This document shows positions 1 through 9,645 of a stretch of DNA of 64,000 nucleotides, piece by piece. The notes under the pieces were generated by a model. The model was given only the letters and a program-made list of their open reading frames with translations, was not told the origin of the DNA and did not search any database. Location: assembly GCA_015055745.1 (NCBI GenBank), contig SVHS01000001.1:10094-74093 (forward strand). Reading direction: 5' to 3'. Origin of the DNA: Clostridiales bacterium. Its GTDB lineage: Bacteria; Bacillota; Clostridia; Christensenellales; UBA1242. A program made the translations under genes and the position numbers. Each line of letters starts with the position of its first letter. The stretch's first letter is position 1.

Positions 1-1241
1 ATCCACCTAAGATGAATGTAGATGCTCCGTTCCAGATGCTAGTATCTTCTACTGAGCAAAATGATTATCTAGGCAAGCTCGCAGTGGGTAAAATCGAGAC
101 AGGTACAGTCAAGCTCAATCAGACAGTGTATATCAAAAATTATTTTGATGAGACAAAGCGATATTCTGGTAAAGTAGTCAATATTTTCAATTTTGAAGGA
201 TTGAAGAGAGAGGCTATAGAGGTAGGTCGCGCTGGAGATATCATCTGTATAGCGGGTATACCAGATATCACCATTGGAGACACAGCTAGTGAGACTCCAG
301 ATATGGAAGCTATACCTTTTGTGAAGATCAGTGAGCCTAGTGTCGAGATGACATTTATGGTAAATGATAGTCCATTCGCTGGTAAAGAAGGTAAATATGT
401 CACCAGTCGTCATATCAAAGATAGACTTTACAAAGAGGCAGTAAAAGACTTGTCTCTACAGGTGCAAGACGGTGATACTGCGGATCAATTTAAGGTAAGA
501 GGTAGAGGAGAGATGCATCTATCTATCCTTATCGAAAATATGCGTCGTGACGGATACGAATTTCAAGTAAGTAGACCTAGAGTATTGTTTAAATATATTG
601 ATGGCGTGAGATGTGAGCCGATAGATAAAGTGGTGCTAGATGTACCAGAGGATAGTGTGGGTACTATTATGCAGTCTATGGGTATCAAAAAGGGTGAATT
701 GATAGATATGTCACCTATTGGTAGTCGTATGAGATTGCAGTTTAAAGTACCTAGCAGAGGACTTTTTGGCTACAAGTCTCAGATGCTCACAGATACTCGT
801 GGTGAAGGTGTGATGTCTAGCATATTTGACTCATACGAGCCATACAAAGGAGAGATCGAGGGTAGAAACTTCGGTTCTCTCATCTCATACGAGACAGGTG
901 AAGCTATCACTTATGGACTATTCAATGCACAAGGTAGAGGTAAGCTTTTGGTGAAAGCTGGAGATAAAGTATATTTAGGTCAAGTCGTGGGTATGAATCC
1001 AAAGGGTGAAGATATCGTGGTGAATGTTTGTAAGAAAAAACAGCTCACTAATACTCGTAGTAGCTCTAGTGATGAGGCTTTGAGACTTACTCCTATCCAG
1101 ACTATGACATTGGAGGAAGCCCTTGAGTTTATCGCCGATGATGAGCTCGTAGAGGTCACTCCTCAGAGTATAAGGATCAGAAAAGCTATACTAGACCATC
1201 AGTTAAGAGCTAAGAGCAAAAAGCCTATAGTGGAGAATTAA
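1..1241 (+). CDS. typA: Translational GTPase TypA/BipA, 5'-truncated by the window edge
   Basis: The reading frame of ORF 12..1241 stays open back to base 3 (PPK-MNVDAPFQMLVSS...). The product reads like BipA domains II-V plus the C-terminal domain (GRGEMHLSILIENMRRDGYEF, LTPIQTMTLEEALEFIADDELVEVTP). Confidence 0.9.
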   Translation, partial: PPKMNVDAPFQMLVSSTEQNDYLGKLAVGKIETGTVKLNQTVYIKNYFDETKRYSGKVVNIFNFEGLKREAIEVGRAGDIICIAGIPDITIGDTASETPDMEAIPFVKISEPSVEMTFMVNDSPFAGKEGKYVTSRHIKDRLYKEAVKDLSLQVQDGDTADQFKVRGRGEMHLSILIENMRRDGYEFQVSRPRVLFKYIDGVRCEPIDKVVLDVPEDSVGTIMQSMGIKKGELIDMSPIGSRMRLQFKVPSRGLFGYKSQMLTDTRGEGVMSSIFDSYEPYKGEIEGRNFGSLISYETGEAITYGLFNAQGRGKLLVKAGDKVYLGQVVGMNPKGEDIVVNVCKKKQLTNTRSSSSDEALRLTPIQTMTLEEALEFIADDELVEVTPQSIRIRKAILDHQLRAKSKKPIVEN

Positions 1242-1489
1242 TGAGAAATAGAAATGAAATTACACAAGGATTTATGAAAGTAGCGAAGCGTATCGCTATT
1301 ACTATCTTGTGTTGCATACCTGTATTGATCATATTTGGATATCTTACTAGGAATATTATCACTCAAGATTGGGTGCAGATTATCTGTTTTATAATAATCA
1401 TGGGTGTGGCTGTATTGATAGAAGAATTGATCGTACGCAATCGTGAAAAAAATAAAAATGATGTGGAGAAAAAAGACGTATTCAAGTAA
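1241..1489 (+). CDS. Small membrane protein (2 predicted TM helices), function unknown
   Basis: The ATG overlaps the typA stop (TAATG). Two hydrophobic stretches are present (IAITILCCIPVLIIFGYL and VQIICFIIIMGVAVLI). Confidence 0.5.
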   Translation: MRNRNEITQGFMKVAKRIAITILCCIPVLIIFGYLTRNIITQDWVQIICFIIIMGVAVLIEELIVRNREKNKNDVEKKDVFK

Positions 1490-1538
1490 TACTTAGTAGT
1501 CTATATCTATTTATTAAAAAACAACAAGGAGAAAAAAT

Positions 1539-2963
1539 ATGGCAGAAAAAGCAAAGATTTTACCGAATGATTTGGAGGCAGAGCAGAGTCTGTTGGGCTG
1601 TTTGTTTATTTCGCAGGACGCTTGTGCGGATATTTTCCCGAGTATAAATGCTAAAGACTTTTACTCCATAGCTCACCAGAAGATTTATCAGGCGATGCTG
1701 GATAATTATTTTAAGGATATCGCTATCGACTACATCACAGTGAGCAAGATATTGGAGGTAAAAGGCGAGCTAGATGAAGTGGGAGGCTTGGGATACATTA
1801 CTGACCTTACAAACTATGTGCCTAGTGCTGCAAATTACAAATATTATGCAGATATTATCCGAAATGATAGTATCTTGCGTCAAATCATTGAGGCTAGTCA
1901 AAAGACTATAAATGATGCTTTTGAGTCTGCTGATGCTTCGGCTATATTGGCTGGTGCGGAAAAGAGTATATTTGATATCGCGCAGACAAGGAGGACCAAC
2001 GACCTTGAGCATATCAAGAAAGGTGTCAATGAGGCGATAGACCTTATGGAGAAAATCTCTATCGACCCTAATGCTAACGCTGGAGTAAAAGTGGGCTTTC
2101 CTACATTGGATAAGTATACAAATGGCTTCAAGTCTGGTGAGCTTATCATTATCGCAGCTCGTCCAGGTATAGGTAAGACTACTTTGGCTGTAAACTTTGC
2201 TATAAATGCCGCTATCAAGTATGGCAAATCAGTGGCTATGTTTGACCTAGAGATGTCTGCATTGCAAGTAGCACAGAGATTTATATGTAGTACTGGTCGT
2301 ATCCCTATGGATATGGTCAAAGGTGGTACAAAGGATAATAATGCTTGGGCGACACTTTTTGAGACTAAGAAATTGTTGGAAAATACAAATATTTATGTAG
2401 ACGATACGACTACTATCACTCCAGCTGAAATCTTGTCTAAGTGTAGGAGGTTGAAAGCTCAGAGCGGATTAGATATGGTCATTATTGACTACTTACAATT
2501 GATGAAGAGTGAGAGACAGACCAAAGATGGCAATCGTCAGCAAGAAGTAGCTGATTTGACTCGTAGTATCAAGCTAGCAGCGAGAGAATTGGGTGTGCCT
2601 ATTCTGCTATTGTCACAGTTAAATCGTGAAAGCGAAAAACGTAGTGATAAGACACCTCAGCTAAGCGACTTGAGAGAGTCAGGAAGTATCGAGCAAGACG
2701 CAGATATAGTAATGTTTATCGCAGATGCAGCATTGGAAGATACAAAAGAAGACAATGATGACGCGATAGATTACACATTAGTCATCGCAAAGCACCGTAA
2801 TGGTATGCGTGGCAATATTCCTATAAAATGGAAGAGTGAGTTTACACAATTTTACGAGCCAGGAAAAGATACATTATACACTAAAAATACTAGCAAGGTG
2901 CAAAAAGATGTGGTCTTGACACCTGTCGAGAGCGATGATATAGATGATGTGTTCAAAGAATAA
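1539..2963 (+). CDS. dnaB: Replicative DNA helicase (DnaB family; called DnaC in Bacillus nomenclature)
   Basis: An AAGGAG ribosome-binding site precedes the start. N-terminal LPNDLEAEQSLLGCL, Walker A ARPGIGKTT, then IDYLQLM, SQLNRE and RESGSIEQDADIV motifs. Confidence 0.95.
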   Translation: MAEKAKILPNDLEAEQSLLGCLFISQDACADIFPSINAKDFYSIAHQKIYQAMLDNYFKDIAIDYITVSKILEVKGELDEVGGLGYITDLTNYVPSAANYKYYADIIRNDSILRQIIEASQKTINDAFESADASAILAGAEKSIFDIAQTRRTNDLEHIKKGVNEAIDLMEKISIDPNANAGVKVGFPTLDKYTNGFKSGELIIIAARPGIGKTTLAVNFAINAAIKYGKSVAMFDLEMSALQVAQRFICSTGRIPMDMVKGGTKDNNAWATLFETKKLLENTNIYVDDTTTITPAEILSKCRRLKAQSGLDMVIIDYLQLMKSERQTKDGNRQQEVADLTRSIKLAARELGVPILLLSQLNRESEKRSDKTPQLSDLRESGSIEQDADIVMFIADAALEDTKEDNDDAIDYTLVIAKHRNGMRGNIPIKWKSEFTQFYEPGKDTLYTKNTSKVQKDVVLTPVESDDIDDVFKE

Positions 2964-2978
2964 AAAGGAGAAACTTTT

Positions 2979-3401
2979 ATGATAATCGATGAAATAAAGA
3001 AAGATAATGTGCAAGCGATGAAAGATAAAAATACTTTAGCACGTGCTATCTACGGTGTGGTGATGAATAAAGTGTTGCTTGCTAGCATTGAGGCTAAAAA
3101 GGACGGCAAAGAGCTACAAGATGCTGACACAGTACAAATATTACAAAAAACAATAAAAGAGCTTAGTGAAGAGAAAGAAAATTATCTCAAAGCAGGTAAT
3201 ACTGCTGAAGCTGAGAATATCGAAACACAAAAAGCAATCATTTCAAAATACCTTCCTCAAATGCTTAGCGAAGAAGAGATCAGGGATATCATCAACAATA
3301 TGGACGACAAGTCTATCCCTAGCGTGATGAAGCACTTCAAAGCGAATTATGCTGGCAAAGTCGATATGGGATTGGTAAATCAAGTTGCACGTTCTTTGTA
3401 A
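2979..3401 (+). CDS. yqeY: GatB/YqeY domain-containing protein
   Basis: 140 aa. Family-typical start (IKKDNVQAMKDKNTLARAIYG) and end (MKHFKANYAGKVDMGLVNQVARSL). Confidence 0.8.
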   Translation: MIIDEIKKDNVQAMKDKNTLARAIYGVVMNKVLLASIEAKKDGKELQDADTVQILQKTIKELSEEKENYLKAGNTAEAENIETQKAIISKYLPQMLSEEEIRDIINNMDDKSIPSVMKHFKANYAGKVDMGLVNQVARSL

Positions 3402-3474
3402 TCGTTTGTGCACATTTGCATAAACAATTATCATTCTGAGAGTGGGCGAAGAATTTAAAAAGGTAAATATATAT

Positions 3475-3912
3475 ATGAGGATTGTAGTAGAGAGAGTAAA
3501 GTCCGCCAAGCTATCAGTAGATAATCAAATAGTTAGCGAGATAGGACAAGGCTTGTTGGTATTTGTAGGTGTGTGCGATGGAGATAGTATATCTATAGTA
3601 CCCAAAGTGGCTAATAAAATAGCTACCATGCGAATATTTGAGCGAGACAATAAAATGAATGAAAGTGTACAGGATATCAATGGCGAGATTTTGTTGGTTT
3701 CAAATTTTACACTTTGTACAAAAGATACGAGTGGTACGAGACCTGACTTTTCATTGTCGGCGGATAAAACTACTGCAAATAATTTGTATATGGCGCTCGC
3801 TAGTGAAATAGATAAGCTAGGAGTACCTGTTAGACTTGGAGTGTTTGGTGCAGATATGCAGATAGATACTCATCTCGACGGACCTATCACTATATACAAG
3901 GAGATAAAATGA
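3475..3912 (+). CDS. dtd: D-aminoacyl-tRNA deacylase
   Basis: The ORF track starts at 3442, but the family-typical start MRIVVERV is at 3475. SNFTL and GADMQI..LDGPITI motifs are present. Confidence 0.9.
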   Translation: MRIVVERVKSAKLSVDNQIVSEIGQGLLVFVGVCDGDSISIVPKVANKIATMRIFERDNKMNESVQDINGEILLVSNFTLCTKDTSGTRPDFSLSADKTTANNLYMALASEIDKLGVPVRLGVFGADMQIDTHLDGPITIYKEIK

Positions 3913-4427
3913 TAAAGCAAACACTCGAGACTAAAGATTTGATTTTGACTCGTAGTAAAAAATATGACGTGGAGAAATTGCATAACAATTTTTTGGGTCA
4001 AGAAGATACTGCAAAGTATATGCTTTGGTCGGTGACGAAGTCTCCTATGGACGCGAAAGAAAAGATGGAAAAATGGCTTGAGAGTCATAGATTGATGTAT
4101 TTAGCTTACGAGAAAGAGAGCGATGAGCCTATAGGCTTCGTGACTATAGACGAGCTAAAGAATAAGCCTACAGTATTTGGAGACATTGGTATTTGCGTAG
4201 GAAAAGAGTATTTGAGAAAAGGCTATGGTAGTCAAATGTTGAATGCTGTATGTACTTATTGCCAAGATGAGCTATGTGCGACGAAATTTATTTACTCGCA
4301 TATGGAGGGTAATATAGCGAGTGAGAGATTGGCGAAGAAATTTGGATTTCAATGTATAGGTACAAAAAAGAAGATGAAAGCAGGTAGAGGATATAAGGAA
4401 ATATTTTACGAGCGTGATATAGACTAA
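3909..4427 (+). CDS. GNAT family N-acetyltransferase (RimJ/RimL-like)
   Basis: ATGA overlap with dtd. Acetyl-CoA motif A-like RKGYGSQML. Size and layout fit the GNAT fold. Confidence 0.75.
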   Translation: MIKQTLETKDLILTRSKKYDVEKLHNNFLGQEDTAKYMLWSVTKSPMDAKEKMEKWLESHRLMYLAYEKESDEPIGFVTIDELKNKPTVFGDIGICVGKEYLRKGYGSQMLNAVCTYCQDELCATKFIYSHMEGNIASERLAKKFGFQCIGTKKKMKAGRGYKEIFYERDID

Positions 4428-4441
4428 AACCAGGGGGAAAT

Positions 4442-5029
4442 GTGGAAAAATTAGTAGATACGAGCAAAACAATTCATGATAAAATCGTGAAAACAATGAT
4501 AAAGTCATTAAAAAATGTGGAAATCAAAAAAGTTATCGACGCAGGTAGTGGAAAAACTAGTGCTAGCATATTGCTAAAATATTTCCCTAATGCTTTAGTA
4601 GATGCTGTTGTTTATCCAGGAGACAATAGGAAGAAAAATCCTTTGGAGAATGCTATCGGCTCAAATAGATTAGAGATTGTCGAAGCAGATATGTGCAAGA
4701 CTTGTATTAGGAAAAAATATGATTTTTGCTTAGCTCATTTGATTTTGGGTGAAGCACACAATTTTGGTAATCATTTTTCTGATTTGTTCCACCAAGTAAT
4801 GGATCTTAAATCAAAATATTATTTGATTGTGGATATACTAGAAGATCCAGCAGTACATTTTAGATATGTAGAACAATACCTAAAAGAAAAGGACTTTAAG
4901 ATACTAAAGAAAAAGAAATTTCGTAATCCAAATCCAGAGCATTATCCAAAATCTAAATACGATAAATATAAGTTAGAGTTTGATAGTAAACATTTTTTGG
5001 CATATTTAGTTGCGCGAAATGAAAATTAA
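4442..5029 (+). CDS. Hypothetical protein, possible class I SAM-dependent methyltransferase fold
   Basis: GTG start 4-5 nt after AGGGGGA. VIDAGSGKTSA resembles methyltransferase motif I. No other family signature was recognised. Confidence 0.4.
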   Translation: MEKLVDTSKTIHDKIVKTMIKSLKNVEIKKVIDAGSGKTSASILLKYFPNALVDAVVYPGDNRKKNPLENAIGSNRLEIVEADMCKTCIRKKYDFCLAHLILGEAHNFGNHFSDLFHQVMDLKSKYYLIVDILEDPAVHFRYVEQYLKEKDFKILKKKKFRNPNPEHYPKSKYDKYKLEFDSKHFLAYLVARNEN

Positions 5030-5076
5030 TAAACAAAAATTTAGTATATTAATAGGAAAAATTTAAGGAGAAAAAC

Positions 5077-7083
5077 ATGGGAAATAAAGAAAAATTTTAT
5101 ATTACAACTGCGATTGCTTATACTTCTGGCAAACCTCATATTGGCAATACATATGAGATTATTTTGTCTGATGCTATAGCGAGAGCAAAACGAATGCAGG
5201 GATATGATGTTTTCTTTATGACTGGCACTGATGAGCATGGACAAAAAATAGAAATGAAGGCTCAAGAGCAAGGTGTCTCTCCAAAAGTTTTTGTAGATGA
5301 TGTGGCGGGGAAAATAAAAAATCTTTGGGATTTGATGAACATTTCATATGATAAATTTATACGTACCACTGATGCTGATCATGAGAAAACTGTGCAAAAG
5401 ATATTTAAAAAGTTTTATGATCAGGGAGATATATATAAAGGACATTATGAAGGAATGTATTGTACACCTTGCGAAAGTTTTTGGACTGAGAGCCAGCTCG
5501 TAGAAGGCAAATGTCCAGATTGTGGTAGAGATGTAAAGCCGAGCCAAGAAGAGGCGTATTTCTTCAAGATGAGCCATTATGCCAAAAAATTGGTAAGACA
5601 CATAGTCGCTCATCCAGAGTTTATACAGCCGGTAGCTAGGAAGAATGAAATGATGAACAATTTCTTACTCGCTGATGAGTTTGTAGGCAAAAGTGATGAG
5701 GAATTGTTGACCGCGATAGAAAATGATAGCATAAAAACGAAATTGCAAGATTTATGTGTAAGTCGTAGCACATTCAAGTGGGGTATCCCAGTAGACTTCG
5801 ATGAAAAACATGTGGTCTATGTTTGGCTTGATGCGCTAAACAATTATATCACTGGTGTTGGCTTTGATACTGAGGAACCAAGCAATAGGTACAAAAAATT
5901 ATGGCCAGCAGATGTGCATGTGGTAGGTAAGGATATCGTAAGATTCCACACTATTTATTGGCCGATTTTCTTGATGGCTTTAGGCGAACCATTGCCAAAG
6001 CAGGTTTTAGGTCACCCTTGGTTATTGCAAGGCGGAGACAAGATGAGTAAGTCAAAAGGCAATGTGCTGTATGCTGATGATTTGGCGTCAGTATTTGGGG
6101 TGGATAGCGTAAGATATTATGTGCTTCGTGAGATGCCTTATGCCGCTGATGGCACTATTACTTGGGAGCTTTTATGTGAAAGAAATAACACGGATTTATC
6201 CAACATATTGGGCAATCTTGTAAAGCGTACTTTGGGTATGAGCAATCAATACTTTGATGGCAAAATCGTAAATTATAATGTTTCTGAGCCAGTAGATGAA
6301 GATCTAAAATCATTGGTAGTATCTATCAAAGATAAAGTAATCAATAAGGTAAATGAATATAAGGTTGCAGATGCATTGGAAGAATTGTGGACTTTATTTA
6401 GGCGAGCAAACAAATACATCGATGAGACTGAGCCATGGAATATCAACAAAGATGAAAACAAAAAAGAAAGACTTTCTACCGTGTTGTACAATTTGTTGGA
6501 ATCAATAAATATTGGTGCCAATTTGTTAACACCATTTATCCCAGAGACTGCTAATAAAATATTTAAAGAATTGAATGTCTCTAGTCGTAATATTGAAGAT
6601 TTGGATAAATTTGGTTTGGTCGAAGAATACAATGTGACTAAAGAACCTCAAATATTATTCAATAGGATAAAATTACCAGATATTCAGCATATCATCGATG
6701 ATATCGTAGCTAAGCAAAAAGCAGACAATGCTCCAAAGATAGAATTTAAAGAAATGGAACCTATCACTATAGATGATTTTGCCAAAGTGCAGATGAAGGT
6801 CGGTACAGTATTGCAGTGTGAGGCAGTGCCAAAGTCAAAACTTTTACACTCTACAGTAAGAGTAGGTACAAAGACTTTGTCTATCCTTAGTGGTATAGCA
6901 AAAGCATATACACCAGAGCAAATGGTGGGTAAAAAAGTAGTAGTAATTACCAATTTACCTCCTAGAGAGATGAAAGGATTACTAAGTGAAGGTATGATTA
7001 TCTGTGCTGAAGATGAGAGTGGCAACATTTCTCTTTTGAGTCCAGAGAGAGACATTATTCCAGACGGTAGCGATATTAGTTAA
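5077..7083 (+). CDS. metG: Methionine--tRNA ligase with C-terminal tRNA-binding (Trbp111/EMAPII-like) domain
   Basis: HIGH-type motif (KPHIGNTYE), KMSKS motif (DKMSKSKGN) and zinc knuckles (CTPCESF, CPDCG). The C-terminal ITIDDFAKVQMKVGTV... region is OB-fold-like. Confidence 0.97.
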   Translation: MGNKEKFYITTAIAYTSGKPHIGNTYEIILSDAIARAKRMQGYDVFFMTGTDEHGQKIEMKAQEQGVSPKVFVDDVAGKIKNLWDLMNISYDKFIRTTDADHEKTVQKIFKKFYDQGDIYKGHYEGMYCTPCESFWTESQLVEGKCPDCGRDVKPSQEEAYFFKMSHYAKKLVRHIVAHPEFIQPVARKNEMMNNFLLADEFVGKSDEELLTAIENDSIKTKLQDLCVSRSTFKWGIPVDFDEKHVVYVWLDALNNYITGVGFDTEEPSNRYKKLWPADVHVVGKDIVRFHTIYWPIFLMALGEPLPKQVLGHPWLLQGGDKMSKSKGNVLYADDLASVFGVDSVRYYVLREMPYAADGTITWELLCERNNTDLSNILGNLVKRTLGMSNQYFDGKIVNYNVSEPVDEDLKSLVVSIKDKVINKVNEYKVADALEELWTLFRRANKYIDETEPWNINKDENKKERLSTVLYNLLESINIGANLLTPFIPETANKIFKELNVSSRNIEDLDKFGLVEEYNVTKEPQILFNRIKLPDIQHIIDDIVAKQKADNAPKIEFKEMEPITIDDFAKVQMKVGTVLQCEAVPKSKLLHSTVRVGTKTLSILSGIAKAYTPEQMVGKKVVVITNLPPREMKGLLSEGMIICAEDESGNISLLSPERDIIPDGSDIS

Positions 7084-7090
7084 TAAAAAG

Positions 7091-7114
7091 ACTGCTAGTT
7101 ATTAGCAGTTTTTT
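7091..7114 (+). terminator. Rho-independent terminator after metG
   Basis: Stem ACTGCTA, loop GTTAT, stem TAGCAGT, followed by a T run. Confidence 0.8.
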
Positions 7115-7134
7115 ATTTATTCATATATTAAAAA

Positions 7135-7163
7135 TTGACAATACATACATTGAAAGGTATAAT
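7135..7163 (+). promoter_or_regulatory. Consensus sigma-A type promoter
   Basis: TTGACA at 7135-7140, exact 17-nt spacer, TATAAT at 7158-7163. Confidence 0.7.
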
Positions 7164-7169
7164 AATCAT

Positions 7170-7509
7170 ATGGAAATGAAGCAAGAAGATTATAGTGAAA
7201 AATATAGAAGAAGAATGTTTGAGCTTATTGATAAGATATACCAATACTCCGTCTATAACTAATCTTATCAAGCATGGGTTTTTATTAAGGTCTAGAAGGG
7301 TAATATTGCAATAGAAGAGTTTAAAGAGCTTATTGAGATTATTACCAATCACAATCCATATATTTATAAATGTATTTAATTGCCAATTACCTAAAGAGCG
7401 AAATAAAAAATTGGATAAATTGTATAATAGTTTGATAGAACGAAATGATGAAATAATACAAATGATTTATAGTCGTAATACACATGAAGAAGAGAATGAC
7501 TTATTTTAA
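7170..7509 (+). pseudogene. Degenerate small gene: a 30-codon ORF at the predicted transcript start, followed by in-frame stops and a frame change
   Basis: ATG at 7170 lies 6 nt after the -10 box and has no Shine-Dalgarno sequence. The frame reads MEMKQEDYSEKYRRRMFELIDKIYQYSVYN, then TAA at 7260 and TAG at 7293, and continues as KGNIAIEEFKELIEIITNHNPYIYKCI*. A further segment (LPKERNKKLDKLYNSLIERNDEIIQMIYSRNTHEEENDLF*) lies in another frame and ends at 7509. Confidence 0.3.
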
Positions 7510-7510
7510 A

Positions 7511-7538
7511 AAAGATGTTTTATAAAGCATCTTTTTTT
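7511..7538 (+). terminator. Rho-independent terminator
   Basis: AAAGATG ... CATCTTT stem followed by a T run (aaagatgttttataaagcatcttttttt). Confidence 0.7.
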
Positions 7539-7551
7539 GTGTGTAATTCAC

Positions 7552-7580
7552 TTGATTTTTTGATAATTTTTCGGTATAAT
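7552..7580 (+). promoter_or_regulatory. Putative gyrBA promoter
   Basis: TTGATT at 7552-7557, 17-nt spacer, TATAAT at 7575-7580. Confidence 0.55.
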
Positions 7581-7581
7581 T

Positions 7582-7605
7582 ATGTTATATATTCATATAT
7601 AACAT
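7582..7605. promoter_or_regulatory. Perfect 11-bp inverted repeat at the predicted gyrB transcript start (operator-like)
   Basis: ATGTTATATAT-TC-ATATATAACAT, starting 2 nt after the -10 box. Confidence 0.5.
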
Positions 7606-7656
7606 AAAATTTTTTTATTATAAAAAGTTTTGTGGTAATATATAACATAAAATTTT
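7595..7656 (+). repeat. 19-bp direct repeat ATATATAACATAAAATTTT (two copies) in the gyrB leader
   Basis: Copies at 7595-7613 and 7638-7656. The first copy includes the right arm of the inverted repeat. Confidence 0.8.
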
Positions 7657-7678
7657 AATTTTTTCAAGGAGAATAAAA

Positions 7679-9637
7679 GTGACAGACGATTTGAAAGTGA
7701 CAGGCGAATATGGTGCAAGTGCTATTCAAGTGTTGGAAGGACTAGAGCCTGTAAGGAAGAGACCTGGTATGTACATTGGCTCTACTGATGAAAAGGGCCT
7801 TCATCATTTGGTGACTGAGATAGTGGATAACTCTATTGATGAAGCATTGGCAGGATATTGTAATGAGATAGGTGTGCTTATCAATGCTGATGGTAGTGTG
7901 AGTGTGAGTGACAATGGTCGAGGTATACCTACAGGTATTCATGAGAAAGAAGGTATCTCTGCTGCAGAGCTGGTACTTACCAAGCTACACGCTGGTGGTA
8001 AATTTGGCGGTGGCGGATACAAGATCTCTGGTGGTCTGCATGGTGTGGGTCTATCCGTGGTAAATGCTCTCAGTGAGACTCTTATATTGGATATTTATCA
8101 AAATGGTAATCATTATCATCAAGAGTATCATAGAGGTATCCCTACAGAAAGATTGGCTATAGTAGGATCAGTGCCTCAAGATCATACGGGTACTACTGTG
8201 ACCTTTATGCCTGATTATGAGATTTTCCCTATCACTGAGTTTAATTATGATTTATTGAAATCTCGTCTTAGAGAGATTGCTTTCCTAAATAAAGGCTTGC
8301 GTATCACTATTGAGGACAGACGTGAAAGCATGGAGCAAAATAATGTCTATCAATTTATGGGTGGTATACAGGAGTTTGTCGCAGACTTGACTGAAAAGAA
8401 AAATTGTATTTTCCCTGAGCCAATATATGTGGACAAGGTTTATAAATACAAGAGAAAAGATGAAAACGGCGAATCTCAAGACGCTACTTGTGAGATAGAG
8501 TTCAGCTTCCAATATACTGACACATATACCGAGAGTATCCATAGTTATTGTAATAATATCAACACCGAAGAGGGTGGTAAGCACGTGGACGGTTTTAAAA
8601 ACAGCCTCATGAAAATCATCAATGACTACGGTATGGAAAACAAGCTCATCAAAGATAAAGTAAAGCTTAGTGGAGAAGATACTAGAGAGGGTATCATTGC
8701 TGTCATTTCTGTCAAGGTAGAAGAGCCTCAGTTTGAAGGACAGACCAAGACCAAGCTAGGTACTGACGAGATAAAAGGTTTTACAGCTAAGGCTATGGAA
8801 GAATTCTTCAAAGATTATCTCGAAGAGCACCCAAAAGAAAGCAAAGAATTGATCAATAAATGTATGCTTTCTCAGCGTGCTAGAGAGGCAGCGAGAAATG
8901 CGAGAGAAGATACTCGTAGAAAGAGTGCATTGGAGTCTACTACTCTACCAGGGAAATTGGCAGACTGTAGTAGTAAAAATGCTGCAGAGTGTGAGATATT
9001 TATAGTCGAGGGAGATTCAGCTGGCGGTACAGCGAAGAATGGTCGTGATAGGCGTTATCAGGCTATTTTGCCTCTTCGTGGTAAGATATTAAATGTAGAG
9101 AAGACTCGTCTAGCTCGTGCACTAGAGAATGCAGAAATAAACTCAATGATTACAGCATTTGGTTGCGGTATTCAAGAAAATTGTGACCCTAAGAAGCTAA
9201 GATACGACAAGATTATCATCATGACAGATGCCGATGTGGACGGTAGTCATATTGAGATTTTGATGTTGACATTCTTCTTTAGATATATGAGACCTCTTAT
9301 CGAAGAAGGTCACGTATATGTAGCTCAGCCACCTCTATATAAAGTGCAGAGGGGTAAGCAGGTGAATTATTATTATACTGAGGAAGAAAAAGTAGCAGCA
9401 TTGCAAGGTATGGAAAAAGGTTATGACATACAGCGATACAAAGGACTAGGTGAAATGGATACAAATCAGCTATGGGAGACTACTATGGATCCAGAGACAA
9501 GGACTCTAAAGAAAGTGACCATGAAAGATGAAGTGGCTTGCAATGAGATATTTGACATACTAATGGGCGATAGACCTGAGGCTAGGAGAGAATTCATTGA
9601 GAAATATGCGACATTGGTTCGTGATCTTGATGTTTAG
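7679..9637 (+). CDS. gyrB: DNA gyrase subunit B
   Basis: GTG start 7 nt after AAGGAG. GHKL ATPase motifs (YGASAIQVLEGLEPVRKRPGMYIGST, DNGRGIP), Toprim motifs (EIFIVEGDSAGG, PLRGKILNVE, IMTDADVDGSHI). It is followed directly by gyrA. Confidence 0.95.
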   Translation: MTDDLKVTGEYGASAIQVLEGLEPVRKRPGMYIGSTDEKGLHHLVTEIVDNSIDEALAGYCNEIGVLINADGSVSVSDNGRGIPTGIHEKEGISAAELVLTKLHAGGKFGGGGYKISGGLHGVGLSVVNALSETLILDIYQNGNHYHQEYHRGIPTERLAIVGSVPQDHTGTTVTFMPDYEIFPITEFNYDLLKSRLREIAFLNKGLRITIEDRRESMEQNNVYQFMGGIQEFVADLTEKKNCIFPEPIYVDKVYKYKRKDENGESQDATCEIEFSFQYTDTYTESIHSYCNNINTEEGGKHVDGFKNSLMKIINDYGMENKLIKDKVKLSGEDTREGIIAVISVKVEEPQFEGQTKTKLGTDEIKGFTAKAMEEFFKDYLEEHPKESKELINKCMLSQRAREAARNAREDTRRKSALESTTLPGKLADCSSKNAAECEIFIVEGDSAGGTAKNGRDRRYQAILPLRGKILNVEKTRLARALENAEINSMITAFGCGIQENCDPKKLRYDKIIIMTDADVDGSHIEILMLTFFFRYMRPLIEEGHVYVAQPPLYKVQRGKQVNYYYTEEEKVAALQGMEKGYDIQRYKGLGEMDTNQLWETTMDPETRTLKKVTMKDEVACNEIFDILMGDRPEARREFIEKYATLVRDLDV

Positions 9638-9645
9638 GAGACGAT

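Noticed and set aside
7128-7352. 74-aa minus-strand ORF in the metG-gyrB spacer.
   Set aside because: It is antisense to a consensus promoter and to the plus-strand decayed ORF, and has no ribosome-binding site.
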